Source: Myxococcota bacterium
GTDB taxonomy: Bacteria > Myxococcota_A > SURF-8 > G963663525
Direction of reading: 5' to 3'
Length of the DNA stretch: 64,000 nt
NCBI GenBank assembly: GCA_963676915.2
Contig: CAXXVK010000010.1
Location: forward strand, 64,001-128,000
Under the pieces are notes generated by a model. That model did not search any database, was not told the DNA's origin, and saw only the letters and a list, made by a program, of their open reading frames with translations. This document shows, in pieces, positions 9,731 to 23,702 of the stretch. The translations under genes were made by a program, and so were the position numbers. Position 1 is the first letter of the stretch. Each line of letters opens with the position of its first letter.

Positions 9731-12700
9731 ATGTCCTTTATCGGCCAGCGAAATTTCAGAGTGCGCAAAAACTACGCCACCATCAAGAAAATCATCGAGT
9801 TGCCGAAACTCATCGAAATTCAGAAGCATTCGTATGACGAGTTTCTGCAAAAAGATGTTTTGTTGGAAGACCGCCGGGACATCGGGCTCCAGGCCGTTTT
9901 CAAAAGCGTCTTTCCTATCAAAGATTTCAACGAAACGTCTTCGTTGGAATTCGTGTCGTACAATCTAAGCGAACCGAAATACGATGTGGACGAATGCCGC
10001 CAGCGCGGCATGACGTTTTCGGCTCCTATGAAGGTCATGATTCGGCTCGTAGTCTGGGATAAAGATCCCGAACTCGGCACCATGAGCATTCGTGATGTCA
10101 AAGAGCAGGAAGTCTACTTCGGCGAGATGCCGTTGATGACCGAAAACGGAACGTTCATCGTTAACGGAACAGAGCGCGTCGTGGTCTCGCAGCTCCACCG
10201 TTCCCCCGGTGCGTTTTTCGAGCACGACAAGGGGCGTACACATTCTTCCGGTAAGCTCTTGTTTAGTGCTCGCGTGATCCCGTACCGTGGTTCCTGGCTG
10301 GATTTCGAATTCGACGCCAAAGACAACCTGTACGTCCGGATCGACCGCCGCCGAAAACTTCCTGCAACGATTCTGTTGCGTGCCTTGGGATTTTCCGCCG
10401 AGGAACTGCTCGCGAAGTTCTACAAGCTGCAGACCATTACGGTCGAGAGTGGGCGAGTGATCCGCAATCTGGATCTAGATCTTCTGGCCGGAGGTCGCGC
10501 CACCAAGGAAATCCGTAATCCCGAAACCAAGGAAACGATTGTCCGCAAGGGCAAGAAAATCACCCGGATCGCCGTCCGCAAAATGAAAAAAGCGGAAATG
10601 ACCGGTGTGGCGATCAATTGGGAAGATGTCGTCGGAATGTTTGCCGCCGAGGATGTGGTGGATGACAAAACCGGCGAAGTCGTGGTGGAAGTCAACGAGG
10701 AAATCACCGAAGAAAAGGTAGAGGAACTCAAGAGCCGTAAGGTGACCAGCTTCAAGACTCTGTTCATTGATATGATGAACTACGGTCCTTACCTGCGCAA
10801 TACCTTGGCTATCGATAAAGTGAACAATACCGAAGAAGCGGTCATGGAAATCTACCGGCGTCTGCGCCCGGGCGATCCGCCAACCGCCGATTCTGCCAAC
10901 CGCTTGTTTCAGAATCTGTTTTTCAACCCGGAACGCTACGATCTGAGCCGGGTGGGTCGTCTCAAATTGAACCACAAGTTCGAAATCGACGAACCGCTGG
11001 ATAACGGCGTGCTGACCGTTCCGGATATTCTTTCCATCGTCAAACATCTAATCGACTTGCGCGATGGTCGCGGAGCCGTGGACGACATCGACCACTTGGG
11101 CAATCGGCGCGTTCGCGCTGTTGGCGAATTGCTTGAAAACCAGTTCCGTATCGGTCTGGTGCGTATGGAGCGGGCCATCAAGGAACGCATGACCCTGCAA
11201 GAGATCGAAACCCTGATGCCGCACGACCTGGTGAATTCCAAGCCGGTAAGCGCCGTCATCAAGGAATTCTTCGGGTCGTCCCAGCTTTCCCAGTTTATGG
11301 ATCAAACCAACCCGCTGTCGGAAGTTACCCATAAGCGGCGTCTTTCGGCTCTCGGACCGGGCGGTCTGACTCGTGAGCGTGCAGGTTTCGAAGTCCGCGA
11401 CGTTCACACCACTCACTATGGTCGTATCTGCCCGATTGAAACGCCGGAAGGTCCGAACATCGGTCTGATCGCCTCGTTGTCGTCCTATGCGCGAGTTAAC
11501 GAATTCGGATTCATCGAAACTCCGTATCGAGAGGTCAAGGACAGCAAAGCCTCGCCGAACGTTCATTATCTTTCCGCTCTGGAAGAGCGCAATCAGGCCA
11601 TCGCCCAGGCGAACGCCCTGCTCGACGATGAAGGCAATTTCGTCAACGAATGGATTAGTTGCCGTGAGGAAAATGAATTCGTGCTGAAAAAAGCCGAAGA
11701 CATCACCCTGATGGACGTGTCTCCGAACCAATTGGTTTCGGTAGCCGCCTCGTTGATTCCCTTCCTCGAAAACGATGACGCCAACCGCGCCTTGATGGGT
11801 TCGAACATGCAACGGCAGGCGGTTCCATTATTGACGGCAAAATCGCCTCTCGTCGGTACCGGCATGGAAGCGACCGTGGCCCGGGATTCCGGCGTGACGG
11901 CTGTAGCCAAGCGTGACGGTATCGTGGACAGCGTAGACGCCAGCCGTATCGTCGTTCGGATCGAACCTGACAAGAACAACCTCGACGAAGTGACCCACGT
12001 TGACATTTACAACCTTGTAAAATATCAGCGTAGCAACCAGAATACCTGCATCAACCAGATGCCTATCGTGCAAAAAGGCGACAAGGTGAAGGTCGGCGAC
12101 GTGCTCGCCGACGGTCCCGCGACCGAGTCCGGCGAACTGGCTCTCGGGCAGAACGTCGTGGCAGCCTTCATGCCTTGGGGCGGGTACAACTTCGAAGACT
12201 CCATTCTCGTGTCCGAACGGATGGTGATCGACGACGTGTTCACCTCCATTCATATCGAGGAATTCGAAACGGTATCCCGGGATACCAAACTCGGTAAAGA
12301 GGAAATCACCCGCGACATTCCCAACGTTGGTGAAGAAGCCCTCAAGGATCTCGACGAGTCGGGTATCGTTCGCGTCGGTGCGGAAGTGAAATCCGGCGAC
12401 ATTCTCGTCGGTAAAATCACTCCGAAAGGCGAGACGCAGCTTTCCCCCGAAGAAAAACTGCTTCGAGCCATCTTCGGTGAAAAAGCCGGTGACGTACGGG
12501 ATACCTCTCTGCGGGTTCCGCCCGGAGTGTCCGGTGTCGTGATCGACGCCCGAGTCTTCTCCCGAAAAGGAGCCGATAAGGATTCCCGTTCGGACGTTAT
12601 CGAAGAGAACGAAACCAACCGTCTGCTGAAAGACCAGAACGACCAGATTCGCATCATTCAGCAATCGACGTACATGACGATCTGCAAGCTTTTGCTCGGC

Positions 12701-13855
12701 AAAATTCCCAAGTCCAACCTGATCGACGACAAGGGCAAAGTTTTCCTGCAAAAAGGCCAGCAGATTTCCAACGAAAACCTCGAAGGCGTTCCCCGGCGTC
12801 TGCTGAACAAAATCAAATTGCAGAACGAGCCGGAACTTGAAGAGAAAATCGACCGCATCCTCAACAACATGAGCGAGGAAGTCAAGCGGATCAAGAATCA
12901 CTTCGAGGCGAAAATCGAACGCTTGAAGAAGGGTGACGAACTGGCTCCCGGCGTGATCAAAATGGTGAAGGTTTACATCGCCATGAAGCGCAAGATCCAG
13001 GTCGGTGACAAAATGGCCGGTCGCCACGGAAATAAAGGTGTTATTTCCCGAATTCTTCCGCTCGAAGACATGCCGTTCATGCCGGATGGCCGTCCGGTGG
13101 ACATCGTGCTCAACCCCTTGGGTGTTCCCTCTCGTATGAACGTGGGACAGATCCTCGAAATCCACCTGGGTATGGGTGCTCGCGGTATGGGGCGGATGCT
13201 TCAGAAATACATCGACGAAAATCTCGGTGTGGACAAAATCCGTAAGGATCTCAAAGAGTTCTACAATACTCCCGAGTTTTCCGCCGATATTGACTCTGCT
13301 TCGGATGACGTGGTTGTCGATTTCGCACGCACGTTGGCAGAAGGCACGCACCTTGGAACGCCTGTTTTCGATGGTGCGCCCGAAACGGCTGTTGCCGATC
13401 TGTTGACGACCACCGGCCACGAGGCCAACGGTCAGACGATTCTGTTCGATGGCCGTACGGGAGATCCTTTCTTCCAGGACGTGACGGTGGGTGTGATGTA
13501 CATCCTGAAACTCCACCACCTGGTCGATGACAAAATCCACGCCCGGTCCATCGGTCCGTATTCCCTTGTTACCCAGCAACCGTTGGGTGGTAAGGCGCAG
13601 TTCGGTGGCCAGCGCTTGGGTGAAATGGAAGTCTGGGCCATGGAGGCGTATGGCGCGGCGCATACGTTGCAGGAATTCCTAACGGTCAAGTCGGATGATG
13701 TTGCAGGACGTACCCGGATGTACGAGTCGATCGTCAAGGGAGCCTACGATATCGATTCGGGCTTGCCGGAATCCTTCAACGTTCTCGTCAAGGAACTGGA
13801 AAGTCTGGGGTTGGCGGTTGAATTGCTCGACGAAGCCCCGGCCCCGAAGGTCTAA
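9731..13855 (+). CDS. rpoB: RNA polymerase beta subunit
   Basis: [45 protein letters not shown] and GGQRLGEME motifs. Confidence 0.99.
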   Translation: MSFIGQRNFRVRKNYATIKKIIELPKLIEIQKHSYDEFLQKDVLLEDRRDIGLQAVFKSVFPIKDFNETSSLEFVSYNLSEPKYDVDECRQRGMTFSAPMKVMIRLVVWDKDPELGTMSIRDVKEQEVYFGEMPLMTENGTFIVNGTERVVVSQLHRSPGAFFEHDKGRTHSSGKLLFSARVIPYRGSWLDFEFDAKDNLYVRIDRRRKLPATILLRALGFSAEELLAKFYKLQTITVESGRVIRNLDLDLLAGGRATKEIRNPETKETIVRKGKKITRIAVRKMKKAEMTGVAINWEDVVGMFAAEDVVDDKTGEVVVEVNEEITEEKVEELKSRKVTSFKTLFIDMMNYGPYLRNTLAIDKVNNTEEAVMEIYRRLRPGDPPTADSANRLFQNLFFNPERYDLSRVGRLKLNHKFEIDEPLDNGVLTVPDILSIVKHLIDLRDGRGAVDDIDHLGNRRVRAVGELLENQFRIGLVRMERAIKERMTLQEIETLMPHDLVNSKPVSAVIKEFFGSSQLSQFMDQTNPLSEVTHKRRLSALGPGGLTRERAGFEVRDVHTTHYGRICPIETPEGPNIGLIASLSSYARVNEFGFIETPYREVKDSKASPNVHYLSALEERNQAIAQANALLDDEGNFVNEWISCREENEFVLKKAEDITLMDVSPNQLVSVAASLIPFLENDDANRALMGSNMQRQAVPLLTAKSPLVGTGMEATVARDSGVTAVAKRDGIVDSVDASRIVVRIEPDKNNLDEVTHVDIYNLVKYQRSNQNTCINQMPIVQKGDKVKVGDVLADGPATESGELALGQNVVAAFMPWGGYNFEDSILVSERMVIDDVFTSIHIEEFETVSRDTKLGKEEITRDIPNVGEEALKDLDESGIVRVGAEVKSGDILVGKITPKGETQLSPEEKLLRAIFGEKAGDVRDTSLRVPPGVSGVVIDARVFSRKGADKDSRSDVIEENETNRLLKDQNDQIRIIQQSTYMTICKLLLGKIPKSNLIDDKGKVFLQKGQQISNENLEGVPRRLLNKIKLQNEPELEEKIDRILNNMSEEVKRIKNHFEAKIERLKKGDELAPGVIKMVKVYIAMKRKIQVGDKMAGRHGNKGVISRILPLEDMPFMPDGRPVDIVLNPLGVPSRMNVGQILEIHLGMGARGMGRMLQKYIDENLGVDKIRKDLKEFYNTPEFSADIDSASDDVVVDFARTLAEGTHLGTPVFDGAPETAVADLLTTTGHEANGQTILFDGRTGDPFFQDVTVGVMYILKLHHLVDDKIHARSIGPYSLVTQQPLGGKAQFGGQRLGEMEVWAMEAYGAAHTLQEFLTVKSDDVAGRTRMYESIVKGAYDIDSGLPESFNVLVKELESLGLAVELLDEAPAPKV

Positions 13856-13924
13856 GTCGTCGCCGAGTCGGTGTTTTGTGCGTACCTTTGAGAGAAATTA
13901 TACTGAACTAATAAGGAGTTGGTC

Positions 13925-16900
13925 GTGAGAGATATTTTGAGCTTTTTCGAGAGATCTCAACCCTCCATTTCGTTCAACGCGATGAGGATTTCCCTGGCGT
14001 CCCCCGAAAAAATCCTCGATTGGTCCCGGGGCGAAGTAAAGAAGCCCGAGACGATCAACTACAGGACGTTCAAGCCCGAGCGAGATGGCTTGTTCTGCGC
14101 CCGCATTTTCGGACCGGTCAAGGATTACGAGTGTTTGTGTGGAAAATACAAGCGCATGAAACACCGTGGCGTGATTTGCGACAAATGCGGTGTCGAAGTC
14201 ACGCAAAGCAAGGTTCGTCGTGAGCGGATGGGTCATATCGACCTCGCGGCTCCCGTGGCGCACATCTGGTTCCTGAAATCCCTGCCGTCGCGTATCGGCA
14301 ACCTGTTGGATCTGACGCTGAAAGATCTCGAGCGGGTGCTGTACTGCGAAGCGTATATCGTCACCGATCCGAAAGACTCTGCGCTGGCCAAAAACCAGAT
14401 TCTGACCGAGGACGAATACTATAACGCCTTGGATACGTTGGGAGATTCTGCCTTTGACGCCGGAATGGGTGCCGAAGCGGTCATGAAACTCCTCAAGGAA
14501 ATCGACGTGGTTTCGTTGACGGCGGAACTTCGTGAGGACATGAAAGAAGCGACCTCCGAAGCGAAGCGCAAGAAAATCGCCAAGCGTCTGCGCGTAGCCA
14601 CCTCGCTGAAAGATTCCGGCAACAAACCCGAGTGGATGATGCTGACCCGCGTGCCGGTGCTTCCCCCGGACCTGCGGCCTCTGGTTCCGTTGGATGGTGG
14701 ACGTTTCGCTACCTCCGACCTCAACGACCTTTATCGTCGGGTGATCAACCGCAACAATCGTCTGAAACGATTGATGGAATTGAACGCCCCCGAAATCATT
14801 ATCCGTAACGAAAAGCGCATGTTGCAGGAAGCCGTGGATGCCCTGTTCGATAACGGGCGTCGCGGAAAGACCATTACCGGTCCCAATAAGCGGCCGCTGA
14901 AATCCCTGTCGGATATGCTCAAAGGTAAACAGGGACGTTTCCGGCAGAACCTGCTTGGTAAGCGCGTCGATTACTCCGGCCGTTCCGTCATCGTGGTCGG
15001 ACCGGAACTCAAGCTGCATCAATGCGGTCTGCCCAAGAAAATCGCGTTGGAACTGTTCAAACCCTTCATTTATCATCATCTGATCGAGAAGGGACTGGTT
15101 TCGACGATCAAATCGGCCAAGAAGATGGTCGAAAAAGAAAAAGACGAGGTTTGGGACATCCTCGACGAGGTGATCCGCGAGCATCCGGTCATGCTCAACC
15201 GTGCTCCGACGTTGCACCGCCTCGGTATTCAGGCGTTCGAGCCGAAGCTGATCGAGGGTAAAGCCATTCAGTTGCATCCGTTGGTTTGTACGGCATTCAA
15301 CGCCGACTTCGACGGTGACCAGATGGCGGTGCATATTCCGTTGTCCGTGGAATCCCAACTCGAAGCTCGCGTGCTGATGATGTCTACCAACAACATCCTC
15401 TCGCTGGCCTACGGCAAGCCGATCATCCTGCCGTCGCAGGATATCGTCCTCGGTATTTACTACCTGACGCGTAAAATCCCCGGAAGTCCGGGTGAAGGAA
15501 CGATTTTCTCCGATCGCGCCGAAGTGATTTCCGCCGTGAACAACCGAGCGGCACATTATCAGGCCGCCGTCAAAGTTCGTATGGAAAACGGCGAGTTGGT
15601 TGAAACCACGCCTGGCCGGATCATGCTCAGCATGTTGTTGCCCAAGGAAATGGAGTTCTCCGAAATCAACCGGGTGATGGACAAGAAGAAAATCGGAGAG
15701 CTGATCGACAAATGCTTCCGTATCGCCGGTGGCAAGACGACCGTTCTGTTGGCTGACCGCCTGCGGTCCTTGGGGTATCGCATCGCTACGGAAGCCGGTA
15801 TTTCGATTTGTCTGCACGACATGCGTATCCCGGAAGAAAAAGACGAAATCATCGGTCTTGCCAACAAAGACGTTCAGGAGATTCAATCTCAGTACGATGA
15901 CGGTCTGATTTCCGACGGTGAACGTTACAACAAGGTTATCGATATCTGGACCGAAGCGACCGACGACGTCGCCGAAGCCATGATGAAAAACCTGTTCAAA
16001 GAAAAAATGATCGATCCCGACGGTAAGGAGATCGATATTCCGAGCCGAAACTCGGTGTATATCATGGCCGACTCGGGTGCTCGTGGTTCCGCACAGCAGA
16101 TTCGTCAGCTTGCCGGTATGCGTGGTTTGATGGCGAAACCCTCCGGTGAAATCATGGAATCGCCCATTACCGCAAACTTCCGCGAAGGACTGAACGTTCT
16201 CCAGTACTTCATTTCGACCCACGGTGCTCGTAAAGGTTTGGCCGATACCGCGCTGAAGACCGCCAACTCGGGATATCTGACCCGTCGTCTGGTGGATGTC
16301 GCGCAGGATTCGATCATCAACGAAGACGACTGCGGCACCATCGAAGGTATCGAAGTTCAGGTGCTGACCGAGGGTGGTGAAATTATTCAGACTCTCGGCG
16401 AACGTATTCTCGGTCGTGTGGCGTTGGACGACATTCTCGACCCGTACACGGACGAAGTCATTGTTCCCGCAAACGAGATCATCGACGAAAAACTGGTCAA
16501 AAAGGTTGAAGATGCCGGTATCGAACGCGTGCATATCCGATCCGCACTGACCTGTCAGACCGAACGCGGCGTCTGTGCCAAGTGCTACGGTCGTGACCTT
16601 TCGCGTGGTATTCTCGTCAACCTCGGTGAGGCGGTTGGCGTTATCGCGGCACAGTCCATCGGTGAACCGGGTACCCAGCTTACCATGCGTACCTTCCATA
16701 TCGGTGGTGCGGCCTCCCGCCGGATCGAGCAGTCTTCGATCGAAGCTCGTTATCCCGGACGGTTGCATTTCGAAAATCTGCACACCGTCGAGGATGGCAA
16801 GGGCCAGCTTGTCGCCATGAACCGTAACGGTGAAATCGTCATTCAGGACGAAACAGGCCGTGAGCGCGAACGGTACAAAATCGTATACGGTGCTGCCATT

Positions 16901-18094
16901 CGTTTCAAAGAAGGCGAAATGGTCAAGAGCGGTGATTCCATCGCCGAATGGGACCCCTGGTCGATGCCGATTCTTACGGAAATCGGTGGTGTCGCGAAGT
17001 TTGGAGACATGGTTGAAGGTTCGACCATGGCCGAACAGCTCGATACGGTAACCGGTTTGTCTCGAAAAGTGATTACCGAAACCAAGGTCGTTAACATGCG
17101 TCCGCGGATTGCGATTCGCGACGAAAACAACCACACCTTGTCGGTGGGTATCAATAAGCAACCCGCTCGGTACATGTTGCCGGTGGGAGCGAACGTGATG
17201 GTCGAAGACGGCCAGACGGTTGAGGCCGGTGACGTTCTTGCGAAAATCCCGCGTGAAACGACGAAATCCACCGACATTACCGGTGGTCTTCCCCGCGTTG
17301 CGGAGCTTTTTGAAGCCCGCAAGCCCAAAGATCATGCCGTCATTACAGAAATCGACGGAACGGTTTCTTTCGGTAAAGACACCAAAGGTAAACGCAAAGT
17401 CATCGTGACGCCCGAGGTTGGTGAACCACGCGAATACCTTATTCCTCGCGGTAAATTCATCTCGGTTCACGAAAACGATTTCGTTCGTGCCGGTGAGCCG
17501 CTGATGGATGGTTCTTCGAACCCGCATGATATTCTTAGAGTTTTGGGTGAAAAAGAGTTGGCCAAATACCTCGTGGATGAAATCCAGCAGGTGTATCGGC
17601 TGCAAGGTGTCAAGATCAATGACAAGCACATCGAAGTCATTGTTCGCACCATGTTGCGCAAAATTCGTATCAAAGAGGTCGGAGATACCGATTTTCTCGT
17701 GGACGAGCAGGTCGATAAGTTCCAATTCTTGCGTGAAAACCGCCGAATCATGGCCAAAGGTGGCCGTCCGGCCATTGGTGAAAGCCTTTTATTGGGCATA
17801 ACCAAGGCTGCTTTGGTCACGGATAGCTTTATTTCGGCAGCTTCTTTCCAAGAAACAACAAAAGTCTTGACAGAGGCTTCGATTTCTGGCAAGGTCGACC
17901 TCCTTCGTGGGTTGAAGGAGAACGTGATCATGGGCCGGTTGATTCCGGCGGGTACAGGTTCTTCGAAATACGCGAAGATCAATATTGAACTGGATCGCCC
18001 CGGTGAAGACGACGAAGATGACGAAAACACCGAGGAAACAAGCTTCGTAGCTGACGGTCCGGATGGCAAAGATGAAACGACGGCTGCCGAATGA
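13925..18094 (+). CDS. rpoC: RNA polymerase beta' subunit
   Basis: [12 protein letters not shown] catalytic motif and N-terminal zinc finger; GTG start 6 nt after AAGGAG (TTG at 13919 is an alternative). Confidence 0.99.
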   Translation: MRDILSFFERSQPSISFNAMRISLASPEKILDWSRGEVKKPETINYRTFKPERDGLFCARIFGPVKDYECLCGKYKRMKHRGVICDKCGVEVTQSKVRRERMGHIDLAAPVAHIWFLKSLPSRIGNLLDLTLKDLERVLYCEAYIVTDPKDSALAKNQILTEDEYYNALDTLGDSAFDAGMGAEAVMKLLKEIDVVSLTAELREDMKEATSEAKRKKIAKRLRVATSLKDSGNKPEWMMLTRVPVLPPDLRPLVPLDGGRFATSDLNDLYRRVINRNNRLKRLMELNAPEIIIRNEKRMLQEAVDALFDNGRRGKTITGPNKRPLKSLSDMLKGKQGRFRQNLLGKRVDYSGRSVIVVGPELKLHQCGLPKKIALELFKPFIYHHLIEKGLVSTIKSAKKMVEKEKDEVWDILDEVIREHPVMLNRAPTLHRLGIQAFEPKLIEGKAIQLHPLVCTAFNADFDGDQMAVHIPLSVESQLEARVLMMSTNNILSLAYGKPIILPSQDIVLGIYYLTRKIPGSPGEGTIFSDRAEVISAVNNRAAHYQAAVKVRMENGELVETTPGRIMLSMLLPKEMEFSEINRVMDKKKIGELIDKCFRIAGGKTTVLLADRLRSLGYRIATEAGISICLHDMRIPEEKDEIIGLANKDVQEIQSQYDDGLISDGERYNKVIDIWTEATDDVAEAMMKNLFKEKMIDPDGKEIDIPSRNSVYIMADSGARGSAQQIRQLAGMRGLMAKPSGEIMESPITANFREGLNVLQYFISTHGARKGLADTALKTANSGYLTRRLVDVAQDSIINEDDCGTIEGIEVQVLTEGGEIIQTLGERILGRVALDDILDPYTDEVIVPANEIIDEKLVKKVEDAGIERVHIRSALTCQTERGVCAKCYGRDLSRGILVNLGEAVGVIAAQSIGEPGTQLTMRTFHIGGAASRRIEQSSIEARYPGRLHFENLHTVEDGKGQLVAMNRNGEIVIQDETGRERERYKIVYGAAIRFKEGEMVKSGDSIAEWDPWSMPILTEIGGVAKFGDMVEGSTMAEQLDTVTGLSRKVITETKVVNMRPRIAIRDENNHTLSVGINKQPARYMLPVGANVMVEDGQTVEAGDVLAKIPRETTKSTDITGGLPRVAELFEARKPKDHAVITEIDGTVSFGKDTKGKRKVIVTPEVGEPREYLIPRGKFISVHENDFVRAGEPLMDGSSNPHDILRVLGEKELAKYLVDEIQQVYRLQGVKINDKHIEVIVRTMLRKIRIKEVGDTDFLVDEQVDKFQFLRENRRIMAKGGRPAIGESLLLGITKAALVTDSFISAASFQETTKVLTEASISGKVDLLRGLKENVIMGRLIPAGTGSSKYAKINIELDRPGEDDEDDENTEETSFVADGPDGKDETTAAE

Positions 18095-18335
18095 ACCCAT
18101 GAGGTAGCCTCAAGATAAAGTGTCTTGCTTGTCTTTTCGATAACGGACGCTTTAGGTACCCAAACTGCTCTACGGAGTTGGGGTAAGTGGGAACCTGGAT
18201 TTCTCCCTGCATTCTTTCTCGAATGCACGGTCTTCCACGTTTCCACAAAAAAAGATTTTTCAGGTTGACGTTTTCAAAGAATTTGTCTTTGAAACGATTG
18301 GATGGACGGTAATTTACGCGACAAAGGTTGAGGCG

Positions 18336-18707
18336 ATGCCAACAATAAACCAGCTTGTACGCAAAGGACGCAAAACCATCAAAAAGAAAACCGCGTCACC
18401 GGCGTTGAAGTCTTGCCCGCAACGGCGAGGCGTCTGCGTGCGTGTGTATACGGTTACGCCGAAGAAACCGAACTCGGCACTGCGTAAAGTAGCTCGTGTT
18501 CGGTTGACGAGCGGCTACGAAGTGACCACCTACATTCCGGGTGTCGGTCACAACTTGCAGGAGCACTCGGTCGTGCTGATCCGAGGCGGCAGAGTCAAAG
18601 ACCTGCCGGGTGTCCGCTATCACGTGGTTCGTGGTGCGCTGGATGCTGTGGGCGTCGATGGCCGCCGTAACGGACGGTCGAAGTACGGCGCGAAAAAACC
18701 CAAGTAA
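18336..18707 (+). CDS. rpsL: 30S ribosomal protein S12
   Basis: [20 protein letters not shown] and [10 protein letters not shown] motifs. Confidence 0.99.
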   Translation: MPTINQLVRKGRKTIKKKTASPALKSCPQRRGVCVRVYTVTPKKPNSALRKVARVRLTSGYEVTTYIPGVGHNLQEHSVVLIRGGRVKDLPGVRYHVVRGALDAVGVDGRRNGRSKYGAKKPK

Positions 18708-18731
18708 TTCCCGGTTGCCAGGAGGTTTACC

Positions 18732-19202
18732 ATGCCGCGCAAACGCGAGGTTCCAAAGCGTCATATCAATCCCGATCCCAAGTACAACGATGTACTGCTG
18801 GCGAAGTTCATCAATTGCATGATGCTCAAAGGCAAGCGGTGCGTCGCTGAAAAGAGCATGTACGGAGCGTTGGAGATTATCGGCCAGAAGGCCAAAGACG
18901 ACGCCCTTCACGTGTTCCGCAAAGCGGTCGAAAACACGAAGCCGGTCATCGAAGTCAAAAGCCGCCGCGTTGGTGGTGCGACGTATCAGGTTCCGACCGA
19001 TGTTCGCCCCGAACGCCGCCAGGCTCTGGCGCTTCGCTGGATCATCAATGCCGCCCGTGCTCGTGGTGAAAAAACGATGGCCGAGCGGCTGGCCGCCGAG
19101 CTGATCGATGCGTTCAACCAGCGGGGCACCGCGTTCAAAAAACGTGAAGACGTGCACCGCATGGCCGAAGCCAACAAGGCTTTCGCCCATTACCGCTGGT
19201 AG
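18732..19202 (+). CDS. rpsG: 30S ribosomal protein S7
   Basis: [12 protein letters not shown] and [15 protein letters not shown] motifs. Confidence 0.99.
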   Translation: MPRKREVPKRHINPDPKYNDVLLAKFINCMMLKGKRCVAEKSMYGALEIIGQKAKDDALHVFRKAVENTKPVIEVKSRRVGGATYQVPTDVRPERRQALALRWIINAARARGEKTMAERLAAELIDAFNQRGTAFKKREDVHRMAEANKAFAHYRW

Positions 19203-19278
19203 ATTCTTATTATTGTATTGGTTGCCCTTTTCTGAAGGAGTTGTTGGCTTTTTAGCTTGAAAAGCCGCAAAAACGGAA

Positions 19279-21381
19279 ATGATTGCTCCCGATCTGACCA
19301 AAACCCGAAATATCGGCATCATGGCCCACATCGATGCCGGTAAAACGACGACGACGGAACGGATATTGTTCTATTCCGGCGTATCGTACAAAATCGGGGA
19401 AGTCCACGATGGTAACGCCATAATGGACTGGATGGAACAGGAGCAAGAGCGGGGCATTACCATTACGTCCGCCGCGACGACCTGCATCTGGCAGAATCAT
19501 CGGATCAATATCATTGATACTCCCGGCCATGTCGATTTCACGGTAGAAGTCGAACGGTCGTTGCGGGTTCTCGATGGTGCGATTGCCGTGTTCTGTGCGG
19601 TTGGCGGTGTCGAGCCTCAGTCCGAGACGGTTTGGCGTCAGGCGGATCGCTACAACGTTCCTAGAATCGCTTTCGTGAACAAGATGGATCGAAAAGGCGC
19701 GGATTTTCAGAATGTCGTACGGCAGATGAAAACTCGTCTCGGAGCCAATCCTCTGGTTCTCGAATTGCCTATCGGAGCGGAAGACGAATTCAAGGGTGTT
19801 ATCGATCTGCTTCGTATGCGGGCGTTCTACTATGATGCAGAAACGCTCGGGATGCAGGTGATCGAAGAAGACATTCCCGAAAATCTGCAAAAACAGGCCG
19901 AAGAGTATCGGCAGAATCTCATCGAGATGGCGGCGGAGCAGGATGAAACGCTTCTGGAACGCTATCTTGAAGGAGAAGGCGATAGCTTTACAAACGAAGA
20001 GATGATTGCTTCGATTCGTAAAGCGACCATCGCTGGCGATGTTCAGCCGGTGTTGTGCGGAGCGGCTTTCAAAAACAAGGGCGTTCAGCAATTGCTCGAT
20101 GCCGTTGTGAATTACCTGCCTTCGCCAATGGATATTCCGCCTGTTACGGCCATGGATGCGCAAAACCCGGAAAAAACGGTCGAGCGCAAGGCCGAAGCCT
20201 CGGAGCCTTTGGCTGCTTTGGTGTTCAAAATCATGAACGATCCGTTTGTCGGTCAGTTGAGTTTCCTTCGGGTTTACTCCGGAGTGCTTAAGAGCGGCAG
20301 TGCGGTTTATAATTCGTCCAAAGATAAAAAAGAACGCGTCGTTCGCGTGCTGAAAATGCATTCGAACCAGCGTGAAGAAGTCGAAGAAGTCAGCGCTGGC
20401 GATATCTGCGCGGTGGTTGGCCTGAAGCATTCCGCGACTGGCGATACACTGTGTCAGAAAAACAATGCCATTCTGCTGGAAACGATAGAGTTTCCTCCTC
20501 CGGTGATTTCGGTCGTTATCGAGCCGAAGACCAAAGAGGACGAGGAAAAACTGAGCACGGCACTGGGGCGTCTTTCGCTTGAAGATCCCACGTTCACCGT
20601 GACCATCGATGAAGAAACCGGCCAGACGCTCATTTCCGGCATGGGTGAACTTCATCTTGAAGTTCTTGTCGAACGCTTGAAGCGAGAATTCAAGGTTCAG
20701 GCGAACGTTGGAAATCCGCAAGTTGCTTATCGAGAAGCATTCGGCGGGGCTGTTCGTCATCAATCCGTTGTGGATCGCGAACTTGGTGGAAAACGGCAGT
20801 ACGCTTCCGTGACCATCGAATTCGACGCATCGGAAGAAGAAGACGGGCTGATCTTCGAAAATGGCTTGAAACCTCAGCAGCTGGATAAAGATCTGGTCGA
20901 AGCTGTCCGGCTCGGTTTGCAGGAATCGATGAGCTTGGGTGTTGTGGCCAACTATCCGGTTTTGTCGTTGAAAGCGAAGCTTGTCGATGTCGATTTTATC
21001 GAGGGTGAAAGCAACACCAACGTGTTTCGGCTCGCGGCTTCCAACTGTTTCCGAGAGGCCATGACGAAAAGCCGTCCGGTTCTTCTGGAGCCGAAGATGT
21101 CGGTCGAGGTCGTCAGCCCCGAGGAATTTATTGGAGATATCATCGCCGACCTCAATACGCGACGAGGTTCCGTGCGAGGAAACGAAGTCCGTGGAAACGC
21201 GCAAGCGCTTTCTGCGAGAGTTCCCCTGAGTGCTATGTTCGGTTACGTCAAGGAACTGCGCAGCCGTTCTCAGGGACGAGCTACATTTACAATGGAATTC
21301 CACCGCTACGAGGTGGTTCCACCCAAATTGATGGTAGAGATTGTTGAAAGAATCATGGGAGTAAAGCCGGCCTGGCTGTAG
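19279..21381 (+). CDS. fusA: Elongation factor G (domain IV diverged)
   Basis: [31 protein letters not shown] and GMGELHLE motifs; located in the str operon. Confidence 0.96.
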   Translation: MIAPDLTKTRNIGIMAHIDAGKTTTTERILFYSGVSYKIGEVHDGNAIMDWMEQEQERGITITSAATTCIWQNHRINIIDTPGHVDFTVEVERSLRVLDGAIAVFCAVGGVEPQSETVWRQADRYNVPRIAFVNKMDRKGADFQNVVRQMKTRLGANPLVLELPIGAEDEFKGVIDLLRMRAFYYDAETLGMQVIEEDIPENLQKQAEEYRQNLIEMAAEQDETLLERYLEGEGDSFTNEEMIASIRKATIAGDVQPVLCGAAFKNKGVQQLLDAVVNYLPSPMDIPPVTAMDAQNPEKTVERKAEASEPLAALVFKIMNDPFVGQLSFLRVYSGVLKSGSAVYNSSKDKKERVVRVLKMHSNQREEVEEVSAGDICAVVGLKHSATGDTLCQKNNAILLETIEFPPPVISVVIEPKTKEDEEKLSTALGRLSLEDPTFTVTIDEETGQTLISGMGELHLEVLVERLKREFKVQANVGNPQVAYREAFGGAVRHQSVVDRELGGKRQYASVTIEFDASEEEDGLIFENGLKPQQLDKDLVEAVRLGLQESMSLGVVANYPVLSLKAKLVDVDFIEGESNTNVFRLAASNCFREAMTKSRPVLLEPKMSVEVVSPEEFIGDIIADLNTRRGSVRGNEVRGNAQALSARVPLSAMFGYVKELRSRSQGRATFTMEFHRYEVVPPKLMVEIVERIMGVKPAWL

Positions 21382-21414
21382 CTCCCCAAGGATCCCCGGT
21401 ATAAGGAGGAACCC

Positions 21415-22605
21415 ATGGCGAAGGCGAAATTCGAGCGTAACAAGCCCCACGTGAACGTGGGTACGATCGGTCACATTGACCACGGCAAAACGACGCTGAC
21501 GGCGGCGATCACGAAGGTTTTGGCTGCGAAAGGGCAGGCGAACTTCACGGCGTTCGACGAGATCGACAAGGCACCTGAAGAAAAGGAACGCGGAATCACG
21601 ATCGCGACGGCACATATCGAGTACGAAACCGATAACCGCCACTACGCGCACGTGGACTGCCCCGGCCACGCGGACTACATCAAAAACATGATTACGGGCG
21701 CGGCGCAGATGGACGGCGCGATTCTGGTGGTAGCGGCCAACGACGGTCCGATGCCTCAGACGCGTGAGCACGTGCTGCTGGCCCGCCAGGTCGGCGTACC
21801 GGCGATCGTGGTGTACCTGAACAAGGTGGACCTGGTAGACGATCCCGAGCTGCTGGAGCTGGTCGATATGGAACTTCGCGAGCTTCTCAGCTCGTACGAC
21901 TTCCCGGGCGACGATATTCCCATCGTGCAGGGCAGCGCGCTGGCGGCGTTGAACGGCGAGGCGACGGATGTGGGCGAAGGTTCTGTCGTGAAACTGATGG
22001 AAGAAGTCGATTCGTACATTCCGGAACCGGAACGTACGTTGGATAAACCGTTCCTGATGCCGGTCGAAGACGTGTTCTCGATCTCTGGTCGTGGCACGGT
22101 GGCGACGGGTCGTGTAGAGCGCGGGATCATCAAGGTTGGCGACGAGATCGAAATCGTCGGTATCCGCGACACGCGCAAGACGGTCGTAACGGGTGTTGAA
22201 ATGTTCCGTAAGCTGTTGGATCAAGGTCAGGCCGGCGACAACGTGGGCTGCCTGCTCCGTGGCATCAAGAAGACGGAAGTGGAACGCGGCCAGGTATTGG
22301 CGATTCCGGGCAGCATCACGCCTCACAAGCACTTCAAAGGCAAAGTGTACGTCCTGAGCAAGGACGAAGGTGGCCGCCATACTCCGTTCTTCACGGGCTA
22401 TCGTCCCCAGTTCTACTTCCGTACGACGGACGTGACGGGCGTCGCGGAGCTTCCCGAAGGCGTCGAGATGGTGATGCCTGGTGACAACGTGAACGTTGAA
22501 GTGAAGCTGATCACCCCGATCGCGATGGAGCAGGGACTTCGTTTCGCCATCCGCGAAGGTGGCCGTACGGTCGGCGCCGGCGTGGTGTCGGAAGTCGTCG
22601 AATAA
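21415..22605 (+). CDS. tuf: Elongation factor Tu, copy 2 (intact)
   Basis: Complete 396-aa EF-Tu ending [15 protein letters not shown]. Confidence 0.99.
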   Translation: MAKAKFERNKPHVNVGTIGHIDHGKTTLTAAITKVLAAKGQANFTAFDEIDKAPEEKERGITIATAHIEYETDNRHYAHVDCPGHADYIKNMITGAAQMDGAILVVAANDGPMPQTREHVLLARQVGVPAIVVYLNKVDLVDDPELLELVDMELRELLSSYDFPGDDIPIVQGSALAALNGEATDVGEGSVVKLMEEVDSYIPEPERTLDKPFLMPVEDVFSISGRGTVATGRVERGIIKVGDEIEIVGIRDTRKTVVTGVEMFRKLLDQGQAGDNVGCLLRGIKKTEVERGQVLAIPGSITPHKHFKGKVYVLSKDEGGRHTPFFTGYRPQFYFRTTDVTGVAELPEGVEMVMPGDNVNVEVKLITPIAMEQGLRFAIREGGRTVGAGVVSEVVE

Positions 22606-22674
22606 TTTTTCCGAAGCCCTGGAGGACGAAAGTTTTCCGGGCTTTTGGCAACCTTTTACTAAAAGGAGGCCCAC

Positions 22675-22983
22675 GTGGCGCAGCAGAAAATCAGAATCCG
22701 CCTGAAGGCGTACGATTACAAGCTGCTCGACCAGTCCACCATGGAGATCGTTGAAACGGTCAAAAGAACCGGTGCGCGTGTAGCAGGACCGATTCCTTTG
22801 CCGACCGTGATCAACAAGTACTGCGTGCTTCGGTCGCCCCATGTGGATAAAAAGTCGCGGGAGCAGTTCGAAATCCGGACGCACAATCGTCTGGTGGATA
22901 TTCTGGACCCGACTCAGCAAACTCTTGACGAATTGATGAAACTCGACCTGTCAGCCGGTGTCGATGTTGAAATCAAGACCTGA
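22675..22983 (+). CDS. rpsJ: 30S ribosomal protein S10
   Basis: [16 protein letters not shown] and [14 protein letters not shown] motifs; GTG start. Confidence 0.99.
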   Translation: MAQQKIRIRLKAYDYKLLDQSTMEIVETVKRTGARVAGPIPLPTVINKYCVLRSPHVDKKSREQFEIRTHNRLVDILDPTQQTLDELMKLDLSAGVDVEIKT

Positions 22984-23036
22984 TCCGAAAACGAATGGAA
23001 TAGGATTCGGATACCGGAACCAGGTAGGAGGCGGAA

Positions 23037-23687
23037 ATGTTCGGCATACTCGGTAGAAAGGTGGGCATGTCCCATCTGTTCACATCGGACGGACAGCGTT
23101 ATGCAGTAACGTTGATTGAAGCAGGTCCGTGTGTGGTGACACAAATAAAGACCCGTGAAAACGATGGCTACGACGCGATCCAGCTCGGGTATATGGCCAA
23201 AACGAAATCGGTCACCAAGCCGATGCAGGGCCACTTCAACAAAGCAAAGCGTGGTGCGTTCAAATACACCCGCGAGTTTAGAGTGGATGATATCGACCAG
23301 TACGAGCTTGGTCAGACGGTGAGTGTCGGCGATTTCATCAAAGGCGACGTGCTGAAAATTACCGGAACCTCCAAGGGTAAGGGATTTCAGGGTGTTATGA
23401 AACGCCACGGTTTTCATGGCGGACGCAAGACCCACGGTTCTCGTTCCCATCGTATTCCCGGTTCCATCGGCAACAGCACCACCCCCGGTCGTACGATCAA
23501 GGGGCGTAGGATGCCGGGCCAGACCGGAAACAAGCGCGTCACGGAAATGAATATCGTTATCATGTCCGTCGAGTCGGATAAAAACCTGATCTACGTCAAG
23601 GGTCACGTACCCGGAGCGAGAGACGGCTTGGTGAAGCTTCAGCGCGTGATTCACGTCGAAGCGGACAACGCCGCCGAGCAGGCATAG
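23037..23687 (+). CDS. rplC: 50S ribosomal protein L3
   Basis: GRKVGM, DGYDAIQLG, SKGKGFQGVMKRH and HRIPGSIG motifs. Confidence 0.98.
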   Translation: MFGILGRKVGMSHLFTSDGQRYAVTLIEAGPCVVTQIKTRENDGYDAIQLGYMAKTKSVTKPMQGHFNKAKRGAFKYTREFRVDDIDQYELGQTVSVGDFIKGDVLKITGTSKGKGFQGVMKRHGFHGGRKTHGSRSHRIPGSIGNSTTPGRTIKGRRMPGQTGNKRVTEMNIVIMSVESDKNLIYVKGHVPGARDGLVKLQRVIHVEADNAAEQA

Positions 23688-23702
23688 TAAGGAGAGGAAT
23701 CC

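Noticed and set aside
11260-11360. Rifampicin-resistance changes in rpoB (and streptomycin changes in rpsL)
   Set aside because: Both motifs match the usual sensitive consensus.
13898-17725. 1275-aa minus-strand ORF
   Set aside because: Antisense shadow of rpoC produced by codon bias; no recognisable motifs.
19252-22920. 1222-aa minus-strand ORF, and similar ones at 11828-13663, 29836-31557 and 43477-45693
   Set aside because: Antisense shadows of fusA/tuf and other strongly biased genes.
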